The notes under the pieces were generated by a model that did not search any database, had not been told where the DNA came from, and worked only from the letters and a program-made list of their open reading frames with translations. Positions 1-13,651 of a stretch of DNA of 64,000 bases are shown piece by piece. Origin of the DNA: Vairimorpha necatrix. Its lineage: Eukaryota. How positions within the stretch are numbered: position 1 is the stretch's first letter; every line of letters begins with the position of its first letter. A program made the position numbers and the translations under genes. The stretch is from positions 620,001 to 684,000 of the forward strand of contig CP142730.1 of NCBI GenBank assembly GCA_036630325.1, given 5' to 3'.

Positions 1-1
1 G

Positions 2-1055
2 CTGTTTAACAAAGTAGACGTCAAAATTTTTGAAGATTGCAGTAGTGAGGAAAAAATTTTGCAGAAAATTCTTGATATACATAAGTTATCACAAGAAAAA
101 TTTGATTTGTTTATCAATAATGAATTAGAAGCTGTAGAATTTGATAGTAGTTGCATCTTTAAAAGATTATATGATCAAGTATTTAAAATTTCTATTGAAG
201 CAGAAAAGGTAATTTTTTACATAGAAAATAAGCGTGAAAACACTTTTCAAATAGAGAATTCTATGCCTAAAAATAAATATAAAGATTACATAAGCAAAAA
301 TTGCTATATGGAGTTTCAAAGAATATTTTCTAGACTATCTAATACAGATTATATAAGAGAAATTGAGCTATTTTACGATTTATTAAAAAATCATAACAAG
401 ATGGAATTCTTTATTGGAAGAATTTTGAACAAACCAGGATCATCTTTAAATATGATATTTGCTTGGCATTTGTTTGGAGAGGGATTAACACATCATTTTG
501 GTTCAGGTTTTACTATTGGAGATGAAGGAGACAGTAGAAGATTCAAATTGACAAAAGAATTAACAGAACTTATAGAGAATAAATATAATGGCATTGATCT
601 TTATGTAGTAATTATTTGTTTAATATTTGAGGCGGAAATATATATACAAGAAGATGATTTAAGTGACGATAAATTGTGTAAAACATTAACCGAAATTGGT
701 GAAATAATTGCTGAAAGGGATGCTACAACTGATGGTGGTTCGAGTTCGAGTAGCACTGAAGGAAATATAGATTTATTCGAAATTCTCGAGGAAATGGTAA
801 TTTTGTACGATGATGCTTTAGAAATATACAATGAAAATATTCCGGAAAAAGTCAACAGTATAGCACATTTTTTTTACTGATTTGAGCTCTATAAGTATCT
901 ATGAATATAAGGTGGAAGAACTTATCGAAAAAAAGAAAATTAAAAAGGAAACAGCTGTACAAGAATTTGATCTCAATGCAAGTGAGCTAGAAAAAAATAT
1001 GGGAGAGTTTTTTAAAAAATTAAAAGAAAAAAGCCGAGAATTCAGAAGTCTATAG
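2..1055 (+). pseudogene. 3' part of a lineage-specific multicopy (secreted-type) protein gene, paralogue of 7729-9621, with a +1 frameshift in a T8 run
   Basis: The frame is open from the window edge and aligns by eye with ORF 8224..9621 (ELFNKVDVKI, RIFSRLS, KMEFF..RIL.KPGS.LN, DDKLCKTL.EI, ILY.DALEIYNE). Removing one T from the run at 868-875 restores homology (..FTDLSSISIYEYKVEELIEKKKIKKE..) up to TAG at 1053-1055. Confidence 0.75.
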
Positions 1056-2099
1056 TGGAAGTAACAACATTGTAGTTCAAATACACTAGAACATTTATGG
1101 ATAAATAATTGATAGTATAAATTTTGAATCCAATAGTAAAATCTTAGATTTATTTAATTTGAGAAAAAAAAATTGTCAAAAATAAAAATATCTATAATAA
1201 ATAATGACAAAACCCATTTAATATGGCGTTTAAATAGAGATGAATTATTTGCCAAAATTAAACAAAATTCTTTGACTAGCATGAATAATCGTAAAACCCC
1301 CTTTTCTTAACTACAGTAAATCGTTAAATATAGTTTAAGAATGCTAGACTAATATACTTATAAAATATGATCCAATAACAAGCAGCTGTTGGGAAAACTT
1401 TAATGTATATTAGCGAATAATTTACAGTTATATAATGTTGTATACGAACAAACAATAAAAATTTCTTTATTTTATCTTTACTTAAATATATTTATGTAGT
1501 AAATCTCACAAAATAAAGTGCTGATTCTTATTTAGACAGTATGTTTTCGACCATGAAATTCAGCACCAAAAGTCTATAGTTTCTGTTTTTGCTATTAGTT
1601 TCAATTTTAGCATCATTATCTATTACACGCTTTTTTTTAAGTACCTTACAAGTTTTTTTCTTTTTCATCTCTCTAGCATTTTACTTAACATGTAATTGTC
1701 GTCGTTCCTTGGAGATTAACTTTTATATCTTCTCAAAAAAATGTTGATGAGTGTATGCTCCAAGATATACTTTGAGTCTTGGCCTTTTAATGTATTAATG
1801 TTATGTTATAAAATTTATGATTGAATTTTTAGTAGACGATATTATTTTATTATCAATAAATATTAATATAGTGAATTTTACAGGAACCAAAAGCAAATTA
1901 TATTAAGCGCTCTTTATACCCTATCTTATAGAGAAGCATTAATTGAACGACCAAGTAATCGATGCAAAAATGATAAACGTTAGCAAAAAAATTGACTAAT
2001 AACGAATATAAACATAAATAAACCATAAAAAGTTATATGCAGGCATTAAATCAGAATGTATCTAAAAAGAAAAGTTCTCTATGGTAAGAAGGGGAAATA

Positions 2100-3446
2100 C
2101 AGGGGTTTTCATTTTTTAGTTCAACTTTTGCATTTTTTAGTCCAACAATTGCATTTTTTATAATCCAACTTTTGAATTTTTTAGTCCAACAATTGCATTT
2201 TTTAGTCCAACAATTGCATTTTTTATAATCCAACTTTTGCATTTTTATGTTCAACTTTTGCATTTTTATAATCGATTTTAAAAAGAACAGCAAAACCCCA
2301 GAAATTGATATATAATGAACAATCAATAAAATTATGTGTCAAATAATACACAACCCCATTTAAAAATAAACTCGTCTTTCTGCCTTGCCATTTCAAGCTA
2401 TCTTACCATATTAGTGTAGAATTCATTGCACGAAAATCTAAAATCTTCGTTTAGCATATATTACAGATCCATTTCTACTGTATTATTTGAGTTTCGCATA
2501 GCACAAAACCTCGATTTTATTATAGAAAAAATTCTTCAATAGGATTAAACTGTGGGGAATAGGAGGCAAAAAAAAAAAGATATGCCTAATTCTCTTAGCT
2601 TACTCAAAACTTCTCTTGAATGATGAAATTTAGCATAAATTTTTATTAAAATCTTTTAGGATTTGTTTGAAAAAAATTTACAAGATTCCCTTTAATGAAT
2701 TCGACGAATAAAGCTATTTAATACGCCCCTTTTCATTTCGTATGCTATAATATTCGATTTTAAAATCACGCAAAGACAACTTAAATTTTTTGCCTCGATT
2801 TGCAGGGACTGTTTTAATGCTTTTTTGTTTTTGTAAGAACCCCCATAATGCCTTGTATATGAGCATTAAATTCAGTTTCATCCAAAAAACCAAATTTTCT
2901 AATGAATATCCCGATATTTCCACGGCATATTCAGCTCTTTTATCAATTTTGTGCCGCAAATTACGCTCTGCAGGAATTAGAGATAGTCTTTTTCTCGTAA
3001 TATTTAGATATTTTAGCTTTCTCGAAATACTCGACAAAGACATTGAAACATTAGCTATTGTATTCAGTTCTTCTTTGATTTCACTCAGAGTCTTGTCATT
3101 ACTGCGTGCAATGATGTTTTTTAGCACAGGGTCGATAGCCTTTAATACTCTAGAGATGAAACTTTAGAACGATTATTTAAACTTGTAGAAAAAATAGATT
3201 CTCCCTCTAACATTTTCATATGGATCCTCCAAACTGTTTTATAACTTAAATCTAATGTTGTTTCAATATTTTTTAAGGTCAAGTCTTCGTTTTTTATATG
3301 TCTTTCAATCAGTTTTAAGACATCTATGTGACTGTAGATCTCGCTTTTCTAGGCATGTGGGGAGATGGTTTTCAAAAAAAAAGCCACTGAGAAAACTAAT
3401 GGACTATAAAAATGCAAAAGTTGGACTATAAAATTGCAACCACCTG
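2100..3446 (-). mobile_element. Tc1/IS630-type DNA transposon with a degenerate transposase
   Basis: Imperfect TIRs (CAGG(T)GGTT..CA.TTTT..AGT.CAACTTTTGCATTTTT) flanked by TA at 2098-2099 and 3447-3448. Minus-strand remnant from ATG 3356 includes TLSEIKEEL..SLSSISRKLKYLNITRKRL and FLPPYSPQFNPIEEFF (about 2530-2575), with frameshifts. Confidence 0.85.
2107..2272. repeat. Subterminal tandem repeat (21-22 bp unit TTGCATTTTTTAGTCCAAC.., about 7 copies) inside the Tc1/IS630 element
   Basis: Directly visible; the same unit occurs inverted at the right end (3401-3440). Confidence 0.85.
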
Positions 3447-3519
3447 TAATAAAGCAACAGAAGAGGGGGGCTTTATGCCTTTTTAGGATATAAATATATT
3501 TTATGGAACATCAGTAAAC

Positions 3520-3704
3520 TATCCACACTGTTAAGAAAAAAGAAGACAGTTCATCACCTAGAAACAAAATGCGATCGTATGATATTATTTGATTACACTT
3601 GAAGACACAATGAGGCAGTTAGATGCATTCACCTCCAACTATGCTTAATGTATGAACTAAAATCATCAAAAAATACGAAACCACGGCGTGCAAGAAATAA
3701 TAGC
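3520..3704 (+). mobile_element. Degraded fragment of an RLE-type non-LTR retrotransposon (CCHC region)
   Basis: Translates piecewise to KKTVHHLETKCDRMILFDYT*RHNEAVRCIHL, matching KTVDHLATKCDRMLGFDYMKRHNEVVRCIHL of ORF 9724..10710. Confidence 0.8.
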
Positions 3705-4283
3705 GGTACATGAACGTTTGGAACCCGCTTTAAAATTTAAAAAAAGAGAAAAATAAAAAAAAATGTAAAAAGACTTAGCAATTTGCTTTCATAATGTAAG
3801 ACGATGATTTTTAGGTATTTAATAAGATCAGAGGATCAGTAAAAGGTACTTATTGTGTTGCCTTATTTTGATCCATGCCTAGACCGCATATTTTTTGTAA
3901 AGAAACCAAAATTATTCAATTTGTTTGGTATTGTGTTTCAGGACCGTTAAAGTTTACAAAATCGACGACGAGATTTACACTACTGTGCTTGGTCCCTGCG
4001 ATTTGTCTATGCGGCATCATATTCTCTTTACTTTCATGATCACAATGGAACTAGGTAATACATTCTCTTATTACCTCAAGGACAATAGCCGCGTGAAACA
4101 AGCCACAAGGCAAGTAAGACACAGTCTTGTTCTAAATTATTTGATTTTTTAAAAATAAACATTAATTTATTTCCATATTCAAACAAACCCCCGTTTTAAC
4201 AAATTTTGTTCTTACCAATTTTGTCATTTTTTTTTATGAGGGGACATTCAAATTTTTATCCGGATTCCACACGACCATGTACC
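3705..4283 (-). mobile_element. Diverged non-autonomous Merlin (IS1595-like) element, family A (GGTACATG TIR)
   Basis: Starts GGTACATGAACGTTTGGAACCCGC and ends ..CCATGTACC. The interior is reverse-complement homologous to 12648-13274 and 58436-59126. No TSD seen. Confidence 0.7.
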
Positions 4284-7200
4284 TAAAATGTTTAAAGAAA
4301 TATTGTGTCGAATATATCAAAACAATGCCAAAATGTATTCGACATGTGTATCATTTTTTACATATATAATTATTTATTTATGGTATTGGTTTTGCACAAA
4401 CATGTTTTAAAATATTTTTTTGATTATTAATTGCTAGCATGTTAAACATCTATAATTCGAGTTTAGATATTTCTTTTTCGAAACCTAATCTTGCGTAAAT
4501 TTCTTTTTGATGAACAAAAAAAAATAATAAAATTCGAAAATTACAATTAGTTAATGATCTAAATAAAAAATAAATTAAAACAAAAATAAGGAAAAATAAT
4601 TTTGCTAATTTTATATGTAATAACAATGAAATCTTAAATATAATTTTTATTATAAAAATTTATTAAAAATTGATTTATGTGGTTAATGAAAAAAATACAA
4701 ATTTAAACTAAATCAACAAAACAGAACTCTTTATGATATTAAAAAAATTTATAAAATATATTACTAAAAATTTAGAACATGGCTCGCAAAAAAAAAGATA
4801 TTACATAAAAATTTTAGTATTATATTATTTCAAAAATATGGTACATTAAAATAAATCTTAACATAAAAATACATTTAGTATTTTCGAAAATAAAATTAAA
4901 ATCTATGTATCAGCTTAAAAATTTACAGCGACTACTATTATAATATTTTCAAAATATGTAACAGTCATATATTTTTTTACTGGATGCTCTTTCCTCGTCT
5001 TTAAATGGATTAAGTGGTTAAATTTTGTTTCTTACATATTTTATTATGTGAAAATAAGAATTTAATGTAAAAAATTATATTTTTATTCGATCAAGCAAAG
5101 GCGTTTTAGTCATATATAAATATTAAAAAAGATTTAAGTAAACTGTAACGTTTAATAAGATGATTACAACATTTAATGTTCAATTTCACACTTTTCTGAT
5201 GGTTGAAGCCGTTATAAAATGTCGGAAAATATAAAAATTTTAAGAAACGATCCTTAATATATGTTGGGTCTCTTTTTTAAAAAAATTATATTAGAAGTGT
5301 TGTTAACTCCTTAAATATGCATTCCAAATTACTAAATTACTACTTAAATTCATATAAATTAATATAAAAACAATAAATAAAAAATCTTTCTTAGGATTAC
5401 AAAATCACAAAGAAAAAACAAAATATTGAGAAGCTTTTTTTATAGTTTTGGTTAAATAATGAGCCAAAAAAGTAAATTGAATCATAAACGATATATATTT
5501 AAGAAAATTTCGTTGTCATTAGAAAATAAAAATTGTCGTTAAAATACTTCGCTTTTGCTTTTATGCGATTACAATTAATTTTTAAAACAATATTCATAGT
5601 GACTCTAAATTGAAGGGAACAAAAACTTGCTTAAATTGTAAATATTTTATTAGATAAAGAAAAGGTCTAAAATTGAAATTTAAATATTTTAACACGATTT
5701 AAACTATACCAAACAATATAAGAACAATTTATCAATAAAAATAACATCTGACTTTTACTATGATAAATTTATTAATCACAATCATTTTATTACACTAAGT
5801 AATAAAATCTATAAAAGTATACTTTAATTTGAATATTTAATAAAATTAACCAGCGTTTTACAAAATTATATTAGCATTTAAAATCGAGCATTAAGTAAAT
5901 TTTAAAGATAATACATAAAATAACAGCTAATTATTTATAGAAATTATAAAAGTTTAACGTTCTAGGAACCGTAATAAAAAATCACTGTAGATAATAAATT
6001 CCCCAGTGTCGAGTTAACAACATTTTATACAAAAAATAAGACGGACAATACAAAATTTTTTTATGTAAGTTTTGAGAAGTAGTAAAACAGTATAAAAAAT
6101 CGTATAAAACAAATAAAATTTTATTTTTCGTCGCTATAGTTTAGTACATTATAATCATATATAAAATAATTTATTGAGTTGGTTTTCCATTTTGTCTAGA
6201 TATTTATAGCATAGTTTGTCCAGGATTCGTTATGGGATTCGGCTACTCGCAGACACGATTTTTGTGTTAATTATAATTATGTTGTTAAATTTCAACATAT
6301 TGTTTTCTTTAGGATTAAAGTAAACTATGTACCGGAACTCGATTCTACATAATCATCGTAAAAACTAAATATGATTATTGTTGGTATTTGTCAGATTGAC
6401 ATAAAATTTAAACTTATGTTATTTTACATAAATATCAAATAAATTTTAGATGAATTTTATAACGTTATTAAAACGTTTAATAGATAATAAGATTTTTTTT
6501 GTCAACAATAGATAAAATAGTGATACTGTGATCACTCGGCGAATAAACCAACGAAAAAGAGTCATAAAAAATTATACTATTATCTCAAAAAAACATTTTG
6601 ATTATTTTAGGAAAAAATAAATAAATATATATGTTTAAACAATTCCTCTATGTAATTTAAATTACAAGAAAAAATTATGCAAAATACACACAGATTAGGA
6701 ACAAAAATATGATTTAAGAAAACATCTTCCAAACAATAAAATTATACTGTCAATTGTGCTTTATATTATCGTTATTCAATTCAACGGATAATAATTAGTG
6801 ATAATTTTTTTCAGGTACAATGTGTAATAAAAAATTAGAATCAATTAAAAAAAGCATTAGATCTCACACAAAAATCATGGTAAATGCTAACAATAAAACA
6901 ATTTATTAGTACGAAATATAAAAAACTGTTAATGACAAGAATAATAAAATGAAGCAACGTCTTATTAAAATATATTTTTAACAATTTATGTAGAATACTA
7001 TCTAAAAACCAAATTTGCTTATTACAAATATTAAAAAATGATTTTTTCTATTATTATTTTAAATATTCTTTGTAGTTGTGGTCATAATAATTACCAAAAA
7101 ACCTAGGTTTATTTATTTATTCAATTTATAGTAAAAATCAAATGATATTAAAAAAATCATTGATTGACATGCTATACTCAACATTTTGATTCTAAATTCA

Positions 7201-7728
7201 CTTTAAATAAGCGAAAAAAATATTTATTTAAATTTGTTTTCTTAATTCAAAAAGAAAAATCAACACGTCATCTGATAATTAAAAAACCTCAATAAATTTC
7301 ATAAATTATTTAGAAAAATCAATAACAAAATAATATTTGAGTTAAGGACAATTAATATTAAGATTAGGGAATAAATAATATATGAATGTATAGACGATTT
7401 ATAAATAAAAAAGGTGGATTTTTCCTTTTGTCATCTCCGAATTGAGAAAAAAAAATCAAAATCTAAATTAAATTTCAGACATCATTTTAATTTATATTTG
7501 CGGAATAATTTAATAAATTATGGCAAAATCAAAGAACATAAGGTAAATTATTGGAATATGATTAGTGATATTATATAAAACGAGATATAAATATCTAATC
7601 ATTTTAAATTAAAAAAATTATACCTGTCAACTAGAATACAGGCTAATTATTTGTTGTTATATTTCATAAAATGGCGCAATATTTTTATTTAATTTTGGTA
7701 TAAATAAGAATTTTAATGCTACCCCATT

Positions 7729-9621
7729 ATGAATCTCTTAAAAGTTTTTTTTGTGATTATTTTTGGATTTGCACAAACCAAAGAACTAATTGAAATAATG
7801 AGAGATGAGCTCTTTAAAAAATTTGAAACAGGAGAATATCTTTTTTGTGATAAGAGAAAAAATAATAATTACATGAATATATATGTAGATTATGATTGTG
7901 ATGAATATAATATTAAATTTTTTACGAAGGTTAATTACGATAATGAATGCATTAAAGAAATAATTATATCGAAAGAAAACAAATCATTTGATGATATTAT
8001 AAAGGAAATTGAAGATAACATAAAAACACTATCGAATGATTCGCAGGAGTACACATATCTATTTTACTGTAAAGATTCTCTATTTAATTGTCCTAATATG
8101 TAAAATTTATTAAAAAAACTTAAAGAAATAAATGCCTTAAGGAGAATTGATGCGAAGAATACCGAAATTTACTATGAAAACATTTGTCATAAAAATGATA
8201 TACTACAAAAGATAATTACAAAATTGAGAACTCTTAAAAACGTGTCTATTACAGACCCACAATCTTCAATATGTTATTATAATGAATTATGGACACATAA
8301 AAAAATTGTTTTGTTGATTATCGACATTGAAAATGTGCTTTATTTCTTTGAGTTTGCCATCGACGAGCTGTTTAACAAAGTAGACGTCAAAATTTATGAA
8401 GATGATAGTAGGGAGAATAAAATATTGCAGAAAATTCTTGATATACATATATTTTCACAAAAAGAATTTAATCTGGATATTGAAGATGGCGATCAAGCTA
8501 TAGTAGTAAATAATATTTCACTCTGTATAAGAACACGAGATAAATATTCAAAGAATGATATAAAAATAAAAAAAGTAGTTATTAAAAAATCAATTCCTGA
8601 ACATCAATACTATATGAAAGCCAAAATGCTTAATGATAAATTTGATTATTACAATAAGGAACTAAATAATGCAAAATTTGTTAGAATATTTTCTAGATTA
8701 TCTGATACAGATTGTAGAAATGAATTTGAGCTGTTTTACAATTTATTAAAAAAATATAACAAGATGGAGTTCTTTGTTGAAAGAATTTTAGACAAACCAG
8801 GTTCGGTTTTAAATTTGATATTTGCTTCGCTAATAAATGAGCGGGCCTCGAAAATTTTTAGTGATATACATTCTATGATTGTACATAAAGAACTCCATAA
8901 AACTATAAAGAGTCAATTGATGAAAGAATTAACAGAACTTATGGAAAAAAGGTTGAGAGGTATTAATCTTTACATGATAATTTTTTGTTTAATAATTGAA
9001 GCAGAAACATATATAAAAGAAGATAATTTAAGCGATGATAAATTGTGTAAAACACTAAGAGAAATAAGTGATATTATTCCTGGAAAGGATTTTACAACTG
9101 AATGTGATACGAGTATCAAAGTAAATGATATTAATTTAACAAATGTTCTTAGGGAAACGGTGATTCTGTACAATGATGCTTTAGAAATATACAATGAAAA
9201 GATCACAGAAAGGGTCATTAAAACAGTCGCATTATTCACCAATTTAAGTTCTATAAATATCTATGAATATAAGGTTAAAGCACTAATCAAAAAAAAGAAA
9301 ATTGAAAAGGAATCAGTTGATGATGAATTTGATCTCGATGAAGATGACCTAGAAAACAGTATGGGAGAATATGAGGAGGAAGAACTTTACGAAAAAAAGA
9401 AAATTGAAAAGGAATCAGTTGATGATGAATTTGATCTCGATGAAGATGACCTAGAAAAAAGTATGGGAGAATATGAAGAGGAAGGACTGATTGAAAAAAA
9501 GAAAATTGAAAAAGAATCGGTTGTTGGAGAATTTTGTCTCGACGTAGATGAGCTAGAAAAAAGTATGGAAGAGTTTCTTGAAAAATTAAAAGAAAAAAAT
9601 CGAGAAATCGTACGAAAATAA
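7729..9621 (+). pseudogene. Lineage-specific multicopy protein gene with signal peptide and acidic C-terminal repeats, interrupted by one in-frame TAA (8101-8103)
   Basis: CCCC before ATG 7729; hydrophobic N-terminus MNLLKVFFVIIFGFA. ORFs 7729..8103 and 8224..9621 are in the same frame with only the TAA between them. Confidence 0.75.
9290..9575 (+). repeat. Coding tandem repeat, 102 bp / 34 aa (KKKIEKESVDDEFDLDEDDLE.SMGEYEEE.L..), about 3 copies
   Basis: Visible in DNA and protein; the paralogue at 2-1055 has one unit. Confidence 0.9.
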
Positions 9622-9689
9622 TGGGTACATCAACATTGTAGTTCAATTTTATAAAAGGTTTTTTAAATAAATAATGTTTAATATATATA

Positions 9690-10759
9690 ATAAAAGATTT
9701 ATTGAGTTAATTTATCATTAAGATTAGATGTTCATAGCACAGCTTTCCCCGGTATCGCTCATGGGATTCAGCTCTTCACAGACTTTGGTTTCTGTGGAAT
9801 TATTAATGTTTTCCAACTTCACTTTAGCAGCTTCATTCCCCTTTGCCGACACCACTTCTTTAACAGTCACCATATTCGCTAGTGCGCTTACAGCTCTAGC
9901 CACTTCATCTTCTCCTGCATCCTCCTGATCGTATCCTCGTCGTCGTTCCAGAGAGATGGACTCTAGAGTCTTCTTCATCACAATAGACTGGATATATGCT
10001 TCCAGGTAGGGTTGGATTTCTAGCTCCCTGATGTACTTTCTGTGATATTTGGTCACCACTCCATCCCATGTCATTACATAAGGAACTATTCTTGTCTGGG
10101 ATTTATGTATTAGTCCCAGTTCATTTGCAAGAAGGTCATATTTTCTTAGTTTTTCATTCTCAACTATAGTAAGTCGATCCTGGTTGGTTATACCAACTTC
10201 AACTATTAAAATTTCTTTCTTCTTCTTGTCAAAAACAAGAATATCAGGCTTATTATGGGTTACCTTTATATTAGTGGATATTCTTGTATCTACTCTTATT
10301 TCAGCACGATCATTTTCTATGATCTCTTGTACTGAGTGTCCACGTATTTTCTTTGTCTTCTTAAACCCATATTTAATACATAGTAAGAGATGAATGCATC
10401 TAACTACCTCGTTGTGTCTTTTCATATAATCAAAACCCAACATTCGATCACACTTGGTAGCTAAATGATCCACGGTCTTCCTATGAGATCCACAATGGGG
10501 ACATTGTCCCTCTTGTCCACAGAAGATATTTCTATCCTGTAGGAAGCAGTAAATTGCTTCGGATCTAGCCTGATTGTTTCCTTTAACCAGCCAGGTAGAA
10601 GAGTCCCTAATGCTTACTAAATCATTGTCCCTAGCTTTAAACAACTTTCCATGGTTTGTCCTTATGTTAATTTTGTTGTAAAGCGCCTCTTTTTGGGATT
10701 CTATTAGCATCTTCTGGGTTATCTCTCCTACAAAGCTATACCTAATCCTTAGATACTCG

Positions 10760-10760
<1 letters not shown>
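9690..10760 (-). mobile_element. 5'-truncated RLE-type (R4/Dong-like) non-LTR retrotransposon
   Basis: ORF 9724..10710 has the CCHC knuckle (CPHC..TVDHLATKC), RHNEVV and a PD-(D/E)xK endonuclease (KPDILV..IVEVG..K..KY). The frame stays open to the 5' break at 10760. TTTAATATATATA flanks both sides (9677-9689 and 10761-10773). Confidence 0.9.

Positions 10761-10763
<3 letters not shown>

Positions 10764-10793
<30 letters not shown>
10764..10793. repeat. (TA)n microsatellite abutting the LINE 5' end
   Basis: Directly visible. Confidence 0.95.
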
Positions 10794-10798
<5 letters not shown>

Positions 10799-12647
10799 TG
10801 GAAAATATTGTTTTAAATTTCTAAAATTTGCGAAGCGAGAAATATACATTAAAAATAGAAAAGATGTTAAAAAAATTCTGAAATGAGCATATTTGTAAAA
10901 ATTATGATAAGAATTGAGTTAATATAGCATTATATTAGAGATTGATTTTTTTTGACAAAATATAGAAATCGCTTGACTAAATGATTAATTGTAAAATAAC
11001 CTCTTTTTCCCAACTAAAGTGAAGAACGCTAAACTACAATATCTAAAAAAAACTTAATAATACGCTGCGATTAAAAATTAATTGCATCAATAATAGCGCA
11101 TAATTTACAATTAGTAAATAATGTATTTAACGAACATTGAAAAATTCTTTATTTTATTCTTAGAAAAATTATATTATTTATATATTAAACAAAATAATGA
11201 ACTAATTCTTAGTATCAACTTTTTTAATCATTGAATTTGCCACTATAATTTTATGTTTTCTGTGTTTTTGTTTATGTTATTTAGCTAAAATTTTAGCATC
11301 ATCATCATCTATTACACACTTAACTTTTAACGCGATCTTACAGGTTTTTTAATTTTTCATCTCTTAGCATTTTACTTGTTATATGATCGTCGTCATTTCT
11401 TAAAGATTGAATTTCATATCTTCTCAAAAAATGTTAATGAACGTATGATTTAAGATATCCACTTCGTCTCCGATTTATCATGTATTTATGTTCTGTTAAA
11501 AAAAACTGTGCAATTGATATCGTTTAATCGCAATAAATATAAATATACTAAATTTTACTAAAATGACATAAAAACATATTACCTTATACCTACTTTCAGA
11601 TCTCAATCAGGTGTTACAATTACATGTTTTTAAACAGAAAAAAATACAGTTTTTAAAGTTTATTTAGGGTATGATATGATTGTTTACAAACTTCTCAAGA
11701 TGTATAAATTGTGATTTTAACCCCGGAGCACATTCTAAATTTTTTAAGAGAGTTTCCAAATATCTAGTACTGATCAGCGCCAAAAAACATATGTTCAACA
11801 AGATAAGCCTTTTATGAGTCATTTTAAGGACCTTTATACATATATAAGCTTCGGCCGGATTTATTTGTTACATCCTTTTGCATACGCTGTATAAATAATA
11901 TAAATATTTTAAAACATCTAATATGTATGCTCTAACTTGTATTTGTAAGAAAAACTGTAGTATGTCCGCAATATATACTTTTTCTGCTTACGTCTCCATC
12001 GTATGCAGATTATAAAATCAGTAATATTGTCTTTAGATATGTTTATAGCCTCAATTTGTCTAAGAAATATCTTCCCAACAATCTATTAATAAATTACTCC
12101 AAAATCGATCCGTATCGCACGTTTCCTTACCTATATATGCCAAGATTGATTTGCTTAGCTAATTTAAATCATAGATCGAAATATAATTTGTGTTAATTTA
12201 GCGCGTTGTCGTGTATAATCAAAGTAGTAATTTATGCGATGAAGCCCACATGGCTCACAGTATTTGTTGCTTCACGACAGCTTTATAATTTTGTTTGCTT
12301 GTCGAGATAAATTTAAGTCCTGAAGTTCGGAAATTGGCTTTCTCTTATAAAAACTAGAAACTTACATTTTAAATTGATCGTAACATAAATTAATATTTTT
12401 TCTACTTTTGCGAAAATTGTGTGAAAAATATATAAAGAAGACTAGCGAGAGAGCTTCTTGAAAGATCATACATTAAAATGATCGAAATGAGAAAATTTTT
12501 AAGAAATTCGTCATTATGGGCGAAATTTCTACTATTTATATCACAACACCTAATCATCGTAAAGATCTCATATTATAAAAACCTTAGAGCTATTTACATG
12601 AAGTGAATTGTCAATACATTTAAATTTATCAATATATAAATGAAAAC

Positions 12648-13274
12648 GACAAATGACCGTCTGAAACCCGCTTTGAAATTTAAAAGGACTCCATTTAAAA
12701 AATGGCAAAATTGGCAAAACCAATGTTTGTTGAAGCAGATGAGCTCTTTTGTGATGAAATGTAGTTATACATGGGAAACAAAGAAAAGTTCATTTTGGAA
12801 ACATTTGATGCTGAATCGGCGAGCGCCTTGCTCACTTCTGTAACTAGTAGAAATACTGCTTTTTCTTGAGGTAATACAAGATAATGTTTAACCTGTTTCT
12901 ATTATGATCTCTAATCAATGGGTAGCATATGGGGCCACATTAGACAAGCAAATGGATGAAGCACAGTACTATGAATTACTCCATCAATGCCGTAACCCCT
13001 AGCAATTCTGAGACACAATACCAAATAATTTAGTTGGTGTAGGTCAATTATAAAAGAAATATTCGATATATGCATGGAATAAACCAGGACGAACACTATG
13101 AGCACCTTTTACAGTTCCTCTGGGCTTTCAAAAATCGACGAATAAATCGTCTTCTTTCATTATTTAAAATAAATCGTTAAGTCCCTTTTTTTATCATTTA
13201 TTTTATTTTTCTCTTTTTTGAATTTTTTAAAGCGTGTTCATTTTCCCAAAGCGGGTTTCAGACGGTCATGTATC
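12648..13274 (+). mobile_element. Non-autonomous Merlin element, family A
   Basis: TIRs (GA.A.ATGACCGTCTGAAACCCGCTTTG / CAAAGCGGGTTTCAGACGGTCATGTATC). Near-identical 8-bp flanks ATGAAAAC and ATGTAAAC. Interior homologous to 58436-59126. Confidence 0.8.
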
Positions 13275-13288
13275 ATGTAAACTTATTA

Positions 13289-13651
13289 CCGGGGTATAAG
13301 ATTTACCCCAAAGTTGAATTTTACGATTTTTAAAGGAAGAATTGTTATGCTAGTTGAAGAGACTCGCCCATAGATAAAATCCCCATAGCCAAATGGTAAA
13401 AATTCAATTTTTTAAAAAAAAACCTCTAATATAATGACCCTTTAATTTTCCCAGTAATCTGCAACTTGAAAGTAGTCATACTTATGTTGCCATTGTTTTC
13501 ACACAATTTTTGTAATCCTTTTAATTTTTCTTTAGCGTGTAAGATTTTTTTTTCATGGGGGTAAAGTTCAAAAAATTTTAAATATTTTATATCAATAGAT
13601 AAGATCACATGGTTTTTTCTATGGGTAGATTTCTAGACCCGGAAACCCCGG
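13289..13651. mobile_element. MITE family B (CCGGGGT TIR, TA TSD; Tc1/mariner-type)
   Basis: TA-CCGGGGT...ACCCCGG-TA; interior homologous to 54732-55093. Confidence 0.8.

Noticed and set aside
2051-2326. 91-aa ORF with KKCNCWT repeats
   Set aside because: It is a translation of the transposon's subterminal DNA repeat; it has no spacers, so it is not a CRISPR array either.
6210-6345. Possible multibranch RNA (CATAGTTTG/TAAACTATG enclosing two hairpins)
   Set aside because: The stems are AT-rich and could arise by chance; no family motif is supportable.
11630-12380. Decayed coding-like sequence on the minus strand (..FIICI/DGDVS..)
   Set aside because: Too many stops and frameshifts to assign a family.
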